Part shown: positions 12,451 to 24,503 of the stretch, one piece after another
How positions within the stretch are numbered: the first letter of the stretch is position 1
Layout of the letters: each line of letters begins with the position of its first letter
From: Chrysochromulina tobinii
Lineage: Eukaryota
Assembly (NCBI GenBank): GCA_001275005.1
Contig: JWZX01003345.1
Span: forward strand, 1 to 64,000
Direction of reading: 5' to 3'
DNA length: 64,000 nucleotides
Program-made: the position numbers and the translations under genes
The notes under the pieces: model-generated
The model's input: the letters and a program-made list of their open reading frames with translations, nothing else
The model's database searches: none
What the model was told of the DNA's origin: nothing

Positions 12451-14298
12451 ATGTTAGAAACCGATAGATCTTTTGACTACGTAAAAATTAATTTAGCCTC
12501 GCCAGCCAGAATAAGGGGTTGGGGGGAACGTACTTTGCCTGATGGGCAATGTATTGGAGAAGTGACAAAACCTGAAACTATAAACTATAGGACACTAAAG
12601 CCCGAAATGAGTGGTTTGTTTTGTGAACGAATCTTTGGTCCTGTAAATGATTGGGAATGCCATTGTGGTAAATATAAACGTGTGCGACATAAAGGAATAG
12701 TCTGTGAACGTTGTGGTGTAGAAGTTATTGAGTCTAATGTGCGACGTCATCGTATGGGTTTCGTGGAATTAGCATCTCCTGTTACACATGTTTGGTACGT
12801 TAAAGGTCGGCCGAGTAAAATTGCGCTAATTTTAAATATTTCATTAAAAGAGTTGGAGCAGGTGGTGTATTTTAACTCTTACATTGTCTTACAACCTGGA
12901 GCCAGTGGAGAGCTTTTTTATAAGCAATTGCTAGCAGAAACAGATTGGCAGGTTTTTGATAATACGAAAGCAGACAATAATGACATTGAAGTGGCCATCG
13001 GAGCAGAAGCAATCAAAAACCTTCTTAAAAGAATTGATTTGGAGCAGGAATCAAAAGAATTACGTTTGCTTATATCTTGTGTACGCGAATCTGATCGAGA
13101 AAAATTAATAAAACGCCTTCGCGTAATTGATCAATTTAGGGCATCTGGTTCTGATCCATCTTGGATGATATTAGATATAATACCAGTGTTACCACCAGAT
13201 CTTCGACCAATGGTTCAACTTGATGGGGGGCGCTTTGCAACTTCCGATCTTAATGATTTATATAGAAGGGTCATTAATCGAAATAATCGCCTAGCTCGTT
13301 TACAAGAAATTCTTGCTCCGGAACTTATTATTCGAAATGAAAAACGCATGCTTCAAGAAGCTGTTGATGCACTTATTGATAATGGTAAACGTGGTAGAGC
13401 GGTTTTTGGACTAAACAATCGACCTCTTAAATCCTTATCAGATATTATTGAAGGTAAACAGGGGCGTTTTCGCCAAAATTTACTTGGTAAGAGGGTTGAT
13501 TATTCAGGTAGGTCAGTAATTATTGTAGGTCCAGAGTTAAAATTAAACCAATGTGGATTACCTCGTGAAATGGCTATCGAACTATTTCAGCCCTTTGTTA
13601 TACACCGTTTAATTTATGAAGGTTTAGTAAATAATATTAAAGCGGCTAAAAATATTATTCAAAGTAACGAAGTTCTTGCCTGGGAGATTTTAGAGCAAGT
13701 AATGACAGGCCATCCAATTTTATTGAATCGTGCTCCAACGTTGCACCGATTAGGTATTCAATCTTTTGAACCATTATTAGTAGAAGGTCGTGCAATCAAA
13801 TTACATCCTCTTGTATGCCCAGCATTTAATGCGGATTTTGATGGTGATCAAATGGCGGTACATATACCACTCTGCTTAGAAGCTCAAACGGAAGCGGGGA
13901 TGTTAATGCTTGCACCAAATAATTTTTTATCTCCTGCAACGGGTGATCCAATTCTTACACCAAGCCAAGATATGGTACTTGGGTGCTATTATTTAACCGC
14001 AAATAACCCTACCCAACAAACAATAAAAGATCAATACTTTTATAGTTTCGATGATGTAATGAAAGCTTATCAGCAATCATTAATTAGTTTACATACATTT
14101 GTTTGGGTTCGTTATACGGACGTTATTGAAACAGAACTAGATAAGTCTCGTTTCTCTACTAAACAGGTTGAAAACCAAATTTTGTATTTATCTGAAGAAC
14201 TCCAAATTAAGACAGATTTACAAGGTAACACAATAACAAAATACCTTAAAACAAGCCCCGGTCGTATTCTTCTAAATAGTTCTTTTGAATATAACTAA
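12451..14298 (+). CDS. rpoC1: RNA polymerase beta' subunit
   Basis: NADFDGDQM catalytic motif; Zn-finger cysteines. Confidence 0.98.
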   Translation: MLETDRSFDYVKINLASPARIRGWGERTLPDGQCIGEVTKPETINYRTLKPEMSGLFCERIFGPVNDWECHCGKYKRVRHKGIVCERCGVEVIESNVRRHRMGFVELASPVTHVWYVKGRPSKIALILNISLKELEQVVYFNSYIVLQPGASGELFYKQLLAETDWQVFDNTKADNNDIEVAIGAEAIKNLLKRIDLEQESKELRLLISCVRESDREKLIKRLRVIDQFRASGSDPSWMILDIIPVLPPDLRPMVQLDGGRFATSDLNDLYRRVINRNNRLARLQEILAPELIIRNEKRMLQEAVDALIDNGKRGRAVFGLNNRPLKSLSDIIEGKQGRFRQNLLGKRVDYSGRSVIIVGPELKLNQCGLPREMAIELFQPFVIHRLIYEGLVNNIKAAKNIIQSNEVLAWEILEQVMTGHPILLNRAPTLHRLGIQSFEPLLVEGRAIKLHPLVCPAFNADFDGDQMAVHIPLCLEAQTEAGMLMLAPNNFLSPATGDPILTPSQDMVLGCYYLTANNPTQQTIKDQYFYSFDDVMKAYQQSLISLHTFVWVRYTDVIETELDKSRFSTKQVENQILYLSEELQIKTDLQGNTITKYLKTSPGRILLNSSFEYN

Positions 14299-14320
14299 AC
14301 CCCTTAAACAATAAATTTTA

Positions 14321-17300
14321 ATGATAAATAAAGAGTTACCACCTCGATTTGTTTTTAACAATGAGGTTATAAATAAAAAGAAGTTACAACGATTAATGTC
14401 GTTAACATTTCATAATTATGGTGTAACCAAATCGTCACTAATTGCGGATAAAGTTAAAAATTTAACTTTTCATTATGCAACGATGTCAGGTATTTCTTTG
14501 AGTATAGAAGATCTTCGTGTACCTTTTAGAAAAAGAGGTTTGATTGGTATGACAAGTGACGAGGTTGACATTACGGAGGAAAATTACAAAAGTGGTAATA
14601 TTACGACTGTAGAACGATTTCAAAAAGTTATCGATATTTGGAATAACGCAAATAACTCTTTAAAAGAAGACGTATTAACATATTTTCGGGAGAGTGATCC
14701 GCTTAACTCTTTATACATAATGGCTTTTTCCGGAGCGCGAGGAAATATTTCTCAAGTTCGTCAACTGGTTGGTATGCGAGGGTTGATGGCAGATCCCCAA
14801 GGGCAAATTATTGACTTACCCATTAAAAGTAATTTTCGTGAAGGATTAAAGGTTACGGAATACATTATCTCTTCTTATGGTGCTAGAAAAGGTCTTGTGG
14901 ATACAGCGCTACGAACTGCCGATTCTGGTTATTTAACGCGCCGGTTAGTCGACGTTGCCCAAGATATAATTGTTCGGGAGGAAGATTGTTTAACACAAGA
15001 AGGATTATCTTTAGACGATTTATTTAAAAAATATAAGACGGACTCTACTTTTAAGGAAAAGCTTATTGGGCGACTACTATTAAAAAGTGTGACAGGCCAA
15101 ATAAATAACGAGACAAAATCGTGGGTGGCAAATACCGAAATAGATAATTCAGTTGCAACGATTTTCCTGAATTTAGGCTTGAAGGAATTAGACGTTCGTT
15201 CACCATTAACCTGTAACGCACTACGCTCCATATGTCGTAAATGTTATGGTTGGCATTTATCATATTCAAAAATCGTTGATTTAGGAGAAGCCGTTGGTAT
15301 CCTTGCTGCTCAGTCTATCGGAGAACCTGGAACTCAATTAACAATGCGAACTTTTCACACAGGAGGTGTATTTTCAGGTGATTTAACAAAACAAATCCGC
15401 GCACCCTTTTCAGGCACCGTTAGTTACCAATTATACTTACCTAATCGAATTGTTCGTACAATTCATGGTGAAAAGGGATTCTCGTTAGTAGAGAAGGTTA
15501 AATTAAAAATTGAAAACAACAGATCAACGTATTGTTCCGTGGACATACCATCCAATGCTCTATTATTAGTAAATAATGGGCAAAAAGTATATCCAAACCA
15601 AGTGCTAGCAGAAATTAAAAAAGATGCTAATTTAATCTTAGAAGAAGAACGAAGTGATATCTTTACGGAGCTTTCCGGTGAAGTTTTTTTTCAAAATATT
15701 AAGGTGGCAGAAAACCTTGACGGTGATAACGCAATTAAAAAAATAAGTACATCAACGGGTCTCGTTTGGGTTCTCAACGGAACTCGTTGGGTATTTCCCG
15801 GTTCCGTAGATTTATGTATTAAGGTTGGGCAAAAATTTCGTAAAAACGATACAATTGCTGACCAAAAGATAGTAAATAACTATTCAGGTGTCGTTAAATT
15901 TGAAAAGGATTTCCTTAATGAAGGGATTCGTGTAGTAAATTCTTCTATGCTTTTAGAAAATGGTTTAATAAGCGAAGTTAAAGGACAGAACGATATATTA
16001 AAAATAACAACATCGGCTGGCGAAAAGGTGTTTAAACTTAATATAAAAAATAAAGAGCTCCTTAAACATGGCCAGACGATAGCTACTTTAGTAGATGATT
16101 CTTACAAAACGGAAACGGGGGGCGTTCTTTATTATTCAACGGCACACCCAAAAACAAAGAAAAAACGTAAAACAAAAAAACTTTTTACCGGATTCTTATA
16201 TTGGATACCCGAGGAAACCCACCAACTAGATCAAGCGGAGCTTGAGAATCTAAAGATTAAAGATGGTAGCTATGTTAAAAAAGATACACCTCTTTTACCA
16301 AATGTAGTTTCTCAAATATCAGGAATTGCTTATATTGACGTAACTACGTCAGAATTAGTTATAAAACCAGGCGAATTATACCAATTAAGTGACGATATAG
16401 AGGTCTTTGACAAAACAAATCGCTTTGTTAATCCGGGAGAAGTAATTTTCCATAAGACTACAGATATTTTCATACAAAAATTCTGTTATGTGGAATTTTT
16501 GAAATTTTCAGGCCGTAGATATATGTTACTTCGCCCTGTAATAAAGTATAAAATTCCTCATGATAAAGGGTTTCTTATGCAACACCGTTTTTTCCCAAAT
16601 GATAACAATAGGGGAACCGCTTTCCGAACTGTAAAAAGGATCTTTTACAAAGAGGGGGAACGTATCAAATCAAATAGCGGTGGGGTTGATCTGCTTAAAA
16701 CTTTTATTGTTTTAGAAATTAAAGATCAAAACCCTGGCTTAGATGCTTACGTCGAGTATTTGGCGACAGGCATAAATACTATTAATTTAAATCATAAACT
16801 AAAAATTGAGTTAGTTGAAACTTTAAAATTAAATGACAATATTCTAAATAATGTAAAAGGTGAAAATTCCCTTTATGTAAACTATTTAATACACCAAAAC
16901 CAATATATTAACCGACATACCGTAATTGCAAAATTAGAAATCTTAGGTCAATCGGGTGGTACGTTAGTGGGTATTGATAAAACGAATACTAGTGTTGCTA
17001 TTTTAGTTTTAAAAGAAAGCGATCTTAAAAGTTTCGTTTATAACGGTACGGACACTAATGAACAATTAGTTGTTCAACAAGGTGATCTTGTTAGGGTAGG
17101 TACTTCTTTAACAACAAGCTTACGCTCTAAATACGCCGGCCAGGTCTACAAAATCACGGAGAATTTAATTTATATTCGTCTTGGAAGGCCATATCTTATT
17201 TCTGAAGGTACGGTATTGCGCGCCGGAAACAAATCTCTCGTTGAGAAATCTGATTTACTTGCTACCCTTGTGTATGACAAACTTAAAACAGTTGATATTG

Positions 17301-18130
17301 TTCAAGGTTTACCTAAAGTCGAAGAAATTTTGGAAGCTAGAAAAATTAAAAATGGATGTTTATTATCTCCACATGAGGGTAAGGCGTTCAAAAAAGAAAA
17401 CAGCATCGAAATATTAACTCCTACGGATTCAATTATAAAAATCGATATTTCTGCTCAAGTAAAAGTTAATTTTGATAATGGTAAATGGGTTAATTTTCTA
17501 GAACCTTTGACGGATGGTCCTATTAGCCCGCACGATAAACTTGAGATTTTATTTAATTATTATCAACTCACTAATCCAGTACATGTTGCTTGCAAAAAAA
17601 GTTTTAAACATTTGCAACTATTCCTTGTAAGTGAAGTTCAACGTACATATTTTTCCCAAGGTGTTCAAATTGCCGATAAACACATAGAAATTATTGTAAA
17701 GCAGATGACTTCAAAAGTGCGCGTTTATTATGGGGGAGACACCACTTTACTACCTGGCGAAATATTAGATATTAATCAAGCGGAAATGCTTACAAAAGCC
17801 GCTTTAACCGCTAACGAAGAACCTCCAGTTTACCGACCCATGTTGCTTGGTTTAACTAAGGCTTCTTTAAACAGTGATAGCTTTATTTCTGCGGCAAGTT
17901 TCCAAGAAACTACAAGAGTCTTGACCGAAGCTGCTATCGAAGGGAAAAAAGATTGGCTTAATGGATTAAAAGAGAATGTAATTATAGGTCGTTTAATCCC
18001 GGCGGGTACAGGTTTTAATTGTTTTGAAAACCTTAAAAAAACCGGAAAAGACAAATTTGTAAACCTTAGAATACGCCCATCAAAGGATGATAAGTTAAAA
18101 TCTTTTATCTTAGAAGCAAGGTCCGAGTAG
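14321..18130 (+). CDS. rpoC2: RNA polymerase beta'' subunit
   Basis: GARKGLVDTALRTADSGYLTRRLVD, QSIGEPGTQLTMRTFH, SFISAASFQETT. Confidence 0.98.
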   Translation: MINKELPPRFVFNNEVINKKKLQRLMSLTFHNYGVTKSSLIADKVKNLTFHYATMSGISLSIEDLRVPFRKRGLIGMTSDEVDITEENYKSGNITTVERFQKVIDIWNNANNSLKEDVLTYFRESDPLNSLYIMAFSGARGNISQVRQLVGMRGLMADPQGQIIDLPIKSNFREGLKVTEYIISSYGARKGLVDTALRTADSGYLTRRLVDVAQDIIVREEDCLTQEGLSLDDLFKKYKTDSTFKEKLIGRLLLKSVTGQINNETKSWVANTEIDNSVATIFLNLGLKELDVRSPLTCNALRSICRKCYGWHLSYSKIVDLGEAVGILAAQSIGEPGTQLTMRTFHTGGVFSGDLTKQIRAPFSGTVSYQLYLPNRIVRTIHGEKGFSLVEKVKLKIENNRSTYCSVDIPSNALLLVNNGQKVYPNQVLAEIKKDANLILEEERSDIFTELSGEVFFQNIKVAENLDGDNAIKKISTSTGLVWVLNGTRWVFPGSVDLCIKVGQKFRKNDTIADQKIVNNYSGVVKFEKDFLNEGIRVVNSSMLLENGLISEVKGQNDILKITTSAGEKVFKLNIKNKELLKHGQTIATLVDDSYKTETGGVLYYSTAHPKTKKKRKTKKLFTGFLYWIPEETHQLDQAELENLKIKDGSYVKKDTPLLPNVVSQISGIAYIDVTTSELVIKPGELYQLSDDIEVFDKTNRFVNPGEVIFHKTTDIFIQKFCYVEFLKFSGRRYMLLRPVIKYKIPHDKGFLMQHRFFPNDNNRGTAFRTVKRIFYKEGERIKSNSGGVDLLKTFIVLEIKDQNPGLDAYVEYLATGINTINLNHKLKIELVETLKLNDNILNNVKGENSLYVNYLIHQNQYINRHTVIAKLEILGQSGGTLVGIDKTNTSVAILVLKESDLKSFVYNGTDTNEQLVVQQGDLVRVGTSLTTSLRSKYAGQVYKITENLIYIRLGRPYLISEGTVLRAGNKSLVEKSDLLATLVYDKLKTVDIVQGLPKVEEILEARKIKNGCLLSPHEGKAFKKENSIEILTPTDSIIKIDISAQVKVNFDNGKWVNFLEPLTDGPISPHDKLEILFNYYQLTNPVHVACKKSFKHLQLFLVSEVQRTYFSQGVQIADKHIEIIVKQMTSKVRVYYGGDTTLLPGEILDINQAEMLTKAALTANEEPPVYRPMLLGLTKASLNSDSFISAASFQETTRVLTEAAIEGKKDWLNGLKENVIIGRLIPAGTGFNCFENLKKTGKDKFVNLRIRPSKDDKLKSFILEARSE

Positions 18131-18163
18131 AGAATTCAACCAAAGCAAATTTTTTAATCACTG

Positions 18164-18204
18164 ATTAAAGCCAAATGCAATTAGTGATGGCATTTGGCTT
18201 TAAT
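18164..18204. terminator. Hairpin between convergent rpoC2 and rps2
   Basis: ATTAAAGCCAAATGC / GCATTTGGCTTTAAT 15-bp arms. Confidence 0.75.
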
Positions 18205-18260
18205 ATTTGTATTTACTAGAAGTTTAAATCCTTATTAAAGTCACAGAAACATTCATTAAT

Positions 18261-18950
18261 TTAAACTGAAGTTTGTTTACCAGTAATAATGGCGTCTGAT
18301 AATGTTGAAATGATTAATTTAATTGAACGAACTGCATCATCGTTCGCAGGAATTGGGATATCCACCATTCCAGGATCACAGTTAGTATCAAGAATAGCTA
18401 TAACCGTAATGCCAAGCTTTCTACATTCTGCTATTGCCGTACTTTCGCGCTTAGGGTCAACCACTATAGCAATATCCGGAACTTGAACCATTTCAGTCAA
18501 ACCACCTAAATTATTTTTAAGTTTATCGTGCTCACGACGTAGAAGAGCAGCTTCTTTTTTAGGTAACCTATCTAGTTCCCCACTAGCTTCGCGCTGGTTT
18601 AAGTCTTTTAGATAATCCACTCGCCCTTGAACAGTTGACCAATTTGTTAGAGTACCCCCTAACCAACGGTTATCCACAAAGAAGCTACCACATTTTGTAG
18701 CCTCTTCCGCAATAATATTTTTTGCTTGGCGTTTTGTTCCGGTAAAAAGGAAAGTTTTTCCTTCTTTTGCGGCTTTCTGAACATAATTGTAGGCATGACT
18801 CAATAATCGAGCTGTCTGAACAAGATCAGTAACATGAATACCGTTTTGTTCCGTATAAATATAAGGAAACATCTTTGGATTCCACCTGCTAGACTGGTGG
18901 CCAAAGTGCACTCCGGCGTCTAATAATTCTCCTAGTGTAACTAAAGTCAT
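18261..18950 (-). CDS. rps2: 30S ribosomal protein S2
   Basis: [10 protein letters not shown]...WNPKM...[10 protein letters not shown]. Confidence 0.97.
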   Translation of the reverse strand: MTLVTLGELLDAGVHFGHQSSRWNPKMFPYIYTEQNGIHVTDLVQTARLLSHAYNYVQKAAKEGKTFLFTGTKRQAKNIIAEEATKCGSFFVDNRWLGGTLTNWSTVQGRVDYLKDLNQREASGELDRLPKKEAALLRREHDKLKNNLGGLTEMVQVPDIAIVVDPKRESTAIAECRKLGITVIAILDTNCDPGMVDIPIPANDDAVRSIKLIISTLSDAIITGKQTSV

Positions 18951-19035
18951 AAAATTTTGTTAGTTGTTGGTTGAGCTAAGTAACTTGATTAATAATTTGC
19001 AATTTACGTAAAAAAAATTTAGAACAGCATTCGTA

Positions 19036-19644
19036 TTAAATTTTACGCGAGTAAAACTCAACGACAAAAAGTTCATTCAATTTTAATGCAATCCATTCAC
19101 GTTCGATTATACCTAAGACTTTTCCCTTCAAACTTTTTTTATCGAAGTCTAGATTTTGTGGTACATTTGATAAGGCCGGTAATTCTAAATTTTTTGTAAT
19201 TAATTGCTTAGAAGCAGAAGAATCCTTTACCCCAACCATGTCACCTGGTTGACATTGATAGCCTGGAATCGAAACACACGAATTATTAATAGTAATATGC
19301 TTATGACCCACGAGTTGTCGAGCTGCTGCAATAGTAGGAGCCATACCTAAGCGGAAAATTACTGTATCTAAACGCATTTCTAACAACTGTAAAAGTATGG
19401 GGCCAGTCGCACCTTTTATTTTTTTAGCTTGGCGTATGTAATTTATCAATTGTTTTTCGCTAATCCCGTAATTAAAACGAAGTTTCTGCTTTTCTTCTAA
19501 TCGAATAGCATATTGAGTTAACTTTTTTTGCGTCGCACCATGTTGGCCTGGACGTTGTGTTAATTTACTTTTCTTACTTGTTAAGCCGGGTAAATCACCT
19601 AACCTCCTTGTAATTCGTAATTTTGCACCTGTATAGCGAGCCAT
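19036..19644 (-). CDS. rps4: 30S ribosomal protein S4
   Basis: MARYTG...[13 protein letters not shown]...LEMRLD. Confidence 0.98.
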   Translation of the reverse strand: MARYTGAKLRITRRLGDLPGLTSKKSKLTQRPGQHGATQKKLTQYAIRLEEKQKLRFNYGISEKQLINYIRQAKKIKGATGPILLQLLEMRLDTVIFRLGMAPTIAAARQLVGHKHITINNSCVSIPGYQCQPGDMVGVKDSSASKQLITKNLELPALSNVPQNLDFDKKSLKGKVLGIIEREWIALKLNELFVVEFYSRKI

Positions 19645-19986
19645 AACTTTTATAGGATTATTTTCATTATTTATCTATTCAATCTAGCACAAATTTAAGA
19701 AAAATAAAAGCATCAACTCCTAAAAAATTATATCAAGAGCAACATTACAATTATTTGCTTTTGTAATAAAAAAATTTTTAATCGCGTAATATAAATTACA
19801 GCTATACCGAAAAATTTATTTTTGATAATAACCAAAGACCATATAGCGCACAAAAAGTTGAACACACTTACTTGTTTTTAAATTATCCGGTAATTTTATT
19901 TATGTACCTTTAACCATGATCTAGGTATACTTAAAAATAGGAAACAATAAAATTTGCACTATTCACGCCGAACTATATAATTGTCT

Positions 19987-20688
19987 ATGTTTTTTTCGTT
20001 AGCTGAGGTTGAAGTAGGTACACATTTATATTGGAACATTGCTGGTTTAACAGTACACGGGCAAGTTCTAATAGTAACATGGTTGGTAATAGCTATTCTC
20101 TTAGGTGTAGCTATTGTTGGTACACAAAACATGCAACAAGTTCCGAAAGGCCTGCAAAATTTCGTTGAGTTAGTTTATGAGTACGTTTCCGGTATTGCTA
20201 AAGATCAAATGGGTGAGTACGAATACCGTACATGGACACCTTATATTGGAACGTTGTTCCTATTTATCTTTGTTGCAAACTGGTTAGGTGCTCTAGTGCC
20301 TTGGAAGCTTATTAAGCTGCCAGAAGGTGAATTAGCTGCTCCAACAAATGATATTAATACTACCGTAGCTTTATCTTTACTAACATCGATAAGTTATTTC
20401 TATGGTGGATTTAAAGCAAAGGGTTTAGGGTTTTTTGCGCGTTACATATCACCGACACCAATATTTCTACCAATTAATATTTTAGAAGATTTTACAAAAC
20501 CTCTTTCGTTAAGTTTCCGATTATTCGGTAACGTCTTAGCGGATGAAATCGTAGTATCTGTTTTATGTCTACTAGTACCTCTTATTATACCTCTTCCTGT
20601 AATGGCTTTAGGTATCTTCGCAAGTTCCGTACAGGCGTTAGTTTTTGCTACCCTTTCGGCAGCGTATATTACGGAAATAATCGAGTAA
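19987..20688 (+). CDS. atpI: ATP synthase CF0 subunit IV (a)
   Basis: [27 protein letters not shown] at 19987 (TTG at 19981 is an alternative). Confidence 0.96.
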   Translation: MFFSLAEVEVGTHLYWNIAGLTVHGQVLIVTWLVIAILLGVAIVGTQNMQQVPKGLQNFVELVYEYVSGIAKDQMGEYEYRTWTPYIGTLFLFIFVANWLGALVPWKLIKLPEGELAAPTNDINTTVALSLLTSISYFYGGFKAKGLGFFARYISPTPIFLPINILEDFTKPLSLSFRLFGNVLADEIVVSVLCLLVPLIIPLPVMALGIFASSVQALVFATLSAAYITEIIE

Positions 20689-20798
20689 TCTAGTACAAAC
20701 TAAAAAATTACTTATAACAGCTCTTTTTTGAGTTTTTTAAGTAAAAAGAAATTTGTTAATTTCATAAACATCGAATTATAAAAACTTAACTATAATAA

Positions 20799-21053
<255 letters not shown>

Positions 21054-21064
21054 TTTTTTTAGAT

Positions 21065-21087
21065 GCGCTTAGTTTGTAACTAAGCGC
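21065..21087 (+). terminator. Hairpin 3' of atpH (transcript end or stabiliser)
   Basis: GCGCTTAGTT-tgt-AACTAAGCGC followed by TCTTTT. Confidence 0.65.
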
Positions 21088-21152
21088 TCTTTTCCACAAG
21101 TCGCACACTTAGCTTTGCCTAAGTTTAAATAAATTATTCACGATAAATCTAA

Positions 21153-21641
21153 ATGAATTATTTTATTATGCCTGCAACACAACTTGTTGCAGCTGAAGGT
21201 GCTGGTGGGCTTTTCGATTTTAATGCTACATTACCTTTAATGGCAATCCAGTTTATCCTATTAACTGTGGCATTAACTTTTGTATTTTATAAGCCCGTTT
21301 CAAAGGTTTTAGATGAACGTGAAAATTACATAAGCGGAAATTTAACAAAAGCCTCTGAAAAATTATTAACAGCAGATGAGCTTTATCAACAGTATGATAA
21401 GCAGCTTAAGACTGCTAGAGCTAATGCGCAATCCGTTATAGCTCAATCCGAAAAGGAAGCAAAAGAAACTGTAGCCCTTGAGGTTACGAAAGCGCGTACG
21501 GATGCTGCTAAACTAATCGAACAAACAAACAGAGAATTAGAGGCACAGAAGTCTCTTGCTTTACAAAAATTAGAAACACAAGTGGACGAGTTAAGTCAAC
21601 TTATTAAAGAAAAACTACTTGGTAAGGAAGTTGTTCTTTAA
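21153..21641 (+). CDS. atpG: ATP synthase CF0 subunit II (b')
   Basis: GGLFDFNATLPLMAIQF. Confidence 0.96.
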   Translation: MNYFIMPATQLVAAEGAGGLFDFNATLPLMAIQFILLTVALTFVFYKPVSKVLDERENYISGNLTKASEKLLTADELYQQYDKQLKTARANAQSVIAQSEKEAKETVALEVTKARTDAAKLIEQTNRELEAQKSLALQKLETQVDELSQLIKEKLLGKEVVL

Positions 21642-21673
21642 TATTATCGTTTCTTTAAAAATTCTTAAGTAAA

Positions 21674-22210
21674 ATGGATTTATTAAATCAGACTTTAAAT
21701 AGATTTTCTACTCAAATCGCTGAAGGTGAAGGTGTATCTTTCAGCCCAGATATATTTGAAGCCAATGTAGTAAACCTAGTTATTCTAGTAGGAGGTCTTT
21801 TTTATTTGCTAAGCGGCTCGTTATCTGAAAGCCTTTCGGAACGTCAACAAAAGATTCTAGGAGCAATTCAAGAATCTGAGGAAAGACTTGAAGAGGCCAC
21901 TAAAAAATTAGCAGACAGCCAAACGCAACTAGCCCAAGCGCAAATGGTAATACAGTCCATTGGTAAGGATGCTGAAGTTACGGCTAAGCAAGTAAAGAGT
22001 ACTATTCTAACGGATGGTAAGACAGAAATTGAGCGTTTAACTGCTTCGGCAAAAGCTCAAATTGGCAATATTGAAGCTCGAGTGCGTAAGCAGATTTCTG
22101 ATTACGTTGTTGCTCTAGCTCTAAAACGAATTACAATGCAGTTGGAAGGCAAACTTAACTCTAGTTTACAACAACAGGTCATTGATAGAAACATTTCTAA
22201 ATTAGCCTAG
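21674..22210 (+). CDS. atpF: ATP synthase CF0 subunit I (b)
   Basis: DIFEANVVNL TM start, coiled coil, operon position. Confidence 0.95.
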   Translation: MDLLNQTLNRFSTQIAEGEGVSFSPDIFEANVVNLVILVGGLFYLLSGSLSESLSERQQKILGAIQESEERLEEATKKLADSQTQLAQAQMVIQSIGKDAEVTAKQVKSTILTDGKTEIERLTASAKAQIGNIEARVRKQISDYVVALALKRITMQLEGKLNSSLQQQVIDRNISKLA

Positions 22211-22216
22211 TAAATT

Positions 22217-22762
22217 ATGTCAATTGTGTTAAGTAAAGTTTCAGTGCCATATGCTGAGGCACTTCTTGATTTAGCTAAATCAAATGACTCATTAAAAGAA
22301 ACGACAAACGACATGAATATCGTTTCTCAGTTTTTAGCAAACTCTAGTGATTTAAAAAAATTTTTAGGTAACCCCTTAATCACTAAAGATGCCAAAAAAA
22401 ATGTAGTCAAAGATATTCTTGGCGAACAAATTGGCGATAGTACTTTAAAATTCTTATTACTACTTGTTGAACGTGGTCGTATTGAAGTTCTTGAAAGCAT
22501 CGCTCAAAAGTTCTTAGAATTATCTTTCAAACAAGATTCTATTGAAATCGCAAAGATAACTTCGTCTATTCAGCTATCTGCCCAGCAACAAAAAGAAATT
22601 GCGGAAAAGCTTAAAGTTATTACAGGCGCAAAGCAAATTAAACTTGCGTTAAAAGTAGACCCTGCCTTAATTGGAGGGTTTACAATTGAAATTGGGTCGA
22701 AGATGATCGACACTAGCATTAGAGGTCAGTTAAAGCAGATTTCTGCTCTTTTAGGTGCGTAA
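22217..22762 (+). CDS. atpD: ATP synthase CF1 delta subunit
   Basis: PYAEALL...VDPALIGGF...IDTSIRGQL. Confidence 0.96.
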   Translation: MSIVLSKVSVPYAEALLDLAKSNDSLKETTNDMNIVSQFLANSSDLKKFLGNPLITKDAKKNVVKDILGEQIGDSTLKFLLLLVERGRIEVLESIAQKFLELSFKQDSIEIAKITSSIQLSAQQQKEIAEKLKVITGAKQIKLALKVDPALIGGFTIEIGSKMIDTSIRGQLKQISALLGA

Positions 22763-22854
22763 TCTACTAACCTATTTGACTGACATTAATAATAAGCTTT
22801 TGCTTAAAATTTATAATAAAAGACTCTTTAATAAAAAGTAATACAGACGGAAAT

Positions 22855-24357
22855 ATGATCAACATTAGACCGGACGAGATTAGTAACATCATTCGCCAAC
22901 AAATTGAAAGCTACGACCAAGAAGTTAAAATCGATAACGTTGGTACAGTTCTTCAAATTGGAGACGGTATTGCACGTGTTTATGGTCTTGAGCAAGTAAT
23001 GGCTGGAGAACTACTAGAGTTTGAAGACAAAACTATTGGTATCGCCTTAAACCTAGAAAACGATAACGTTGGTGTCGTACTAATGGGTACAGGAATAGAT
23101 ATTCTAGAAGGAAGTTCAGTACGTTCTACTGGAAAGATTGCCCAGGTACCTGTAGGTGAGGCATTTCTTGGACGTGTTGTAGATTCTCTTGCAAGACCAA
23201 TCGATGGTAAAGGGGATATCCGTAGTTCGGAAAGTCGTCTAGTAGAATCAATGGCTCCTGGTATCATTACAAGAAAGTCAGTTTGTGAGCCTGTACAGAC
23301 GGGTATTATCGCAATTGATGCAATGATTCCAATTGGACGTGGTCAGCGTGAGCTTATTATTGGTGACCGTCAAACAGGTAAAACATCAGTAGCACTTGAT
23401 ACAATTCTAAACCAAAAGGGTGAAGACGTTGTTTGTGTTTACGTTGCAATTGGTCAAAAAGCTTCTTCAGTAGCGGCTGTAGTTACAACCCTTGAGGAAA
23501 AAGGTGCTACTCCTTATACAATTATTGTTGCAGCTAACGCGGATGATCCAGCCACTCTTCAATATATCGCTCCTTATACAGGTGCTGCACTAGCAGAGTA
23601 CTTCATGTACAACGGTAAAGCAACTCTTATTATTTACGACGATTTAACGAAGCAAGCTTCTGCATACCGTCAAATGTCTCTATTACTTCGTCGTCCACCA
23701 GGACGTGAAGCTTATCCAGGTGACGTATTCTACTTACACTCACGTTTACTTGAGCGTGCGGCTAAGTTAAGTGATTCTCTAGGTGGGGGTAGTATGACAG
23801 CACTACCAATCATTGAAACTCAAGCCGGTGATGTTTCAGCGTATATCCCGACTAACGTTATTAGTATCACAGACGGTCAAATTTTCCTATCGGGTGACCT
23901 ATTTAACTCAGGTATCCGTCCAGCAATTAACGTAGGTATTTCAGTATCACGTGTAGGTTCTGCTGCGCAAATTAAGGCTATGAAGCAAGTAGCCGGTAAG
24001 TTAAAGCTTGAACTAGCACAATTCGCTGAGTTAGAAGCGTTTGCACAATTCGCGTCAGACCTAGATCAAGCAACACAAAACGAGCTTGCTCGTGGCGTAA
24101 GATTAAGAGAGATGTTAAAGCAAGCACAAAACAACCCAATCCCTGTAGAGGAGCAGGTAATTACAATTTACACAGGTATTAACGGTTATCTTGATGATGT
24201 AGCTGTTGGCGACGTGAAAGGGTTCCTTTTAAAACTAAGAAGTTTTGTTAAAGCTTCTGTTCCTACTCTTCTATCAACAATTAAAAAAGAGCAGAAACTT
24301 TCTCCAGAATCTGAAGAAATGTTAAAGAAAGCTATTGCTGACGCTAAAGTAATGTAA
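22855..24357 (+). CDS. atpA: ATP synthase CF1 alpha subunit
   Basis: GDRQTGKT Walker [22 protein letters not shown]. Confidence 0.99.
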   Translation: MINIRPDEISNIIRQQIESYDQEVKIDNVGTVLQIGDGIARVYGLEQVMAGELLEFEDKTIGIALNLENDNVGVVLMGTGIDILEGSSVRSTGKIAQVPVGEAFLGRVVDSLARPIDGKGDIRSSESRLVESMAPGIITRKSVCEPVQTGIIAIDAMIPIGRGQRELIIGDRQTGKTSVALDTILNQKGEDVVCVYVAIGQKASSVAAVVTTLEEKGATPYTIIVAANADDPATLQYIAPYTGAALAEYFMYNGKATLIIYDDLTKQASAYRQMSLLLRRPPGREAYPGDVFYLHSRLLERAAKLSDSLGGGSMTALPIIETQAGDVSAYIPTNVISITDGQIFLSGDLFNSGIRPAINVGISVSRVGSAAQIKAMKQVAGKLKLELAQFAELEAFAQFASDLDQATQNELARGVRLREMLKQAQNNPIPVEEQVITIYTGINGYLDDVAVGDVKGFLLKLRSFVKASVPTLLSTIKKEQKLSPESEEMLKKAIADAKVM

Positions 24358-24365
24358 TAAGCACT

Positions 24366-24427
24366 AAAAACTTAAGAAGTCTTCTTTACACCTAAACCAT
24401 GGTGTAAAGAAGACTTCTTAAGTTTTT
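24366..24427. terminator. 27-bp perfect hairpin between convergent atpA and dnaK
   Basis: AAAAACTTAAGAAGTCTTCTTTACACC, 8-nt loop, exact reverse complement. Confidence 0.85.
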
Positions 24428-24503
24428 GATCTTTTAAAAATAAATTTTACCTTAATACTCACGTAACAATTAAAACGTTTTAATCAGATTCTGTATTTAT
24501 CTG

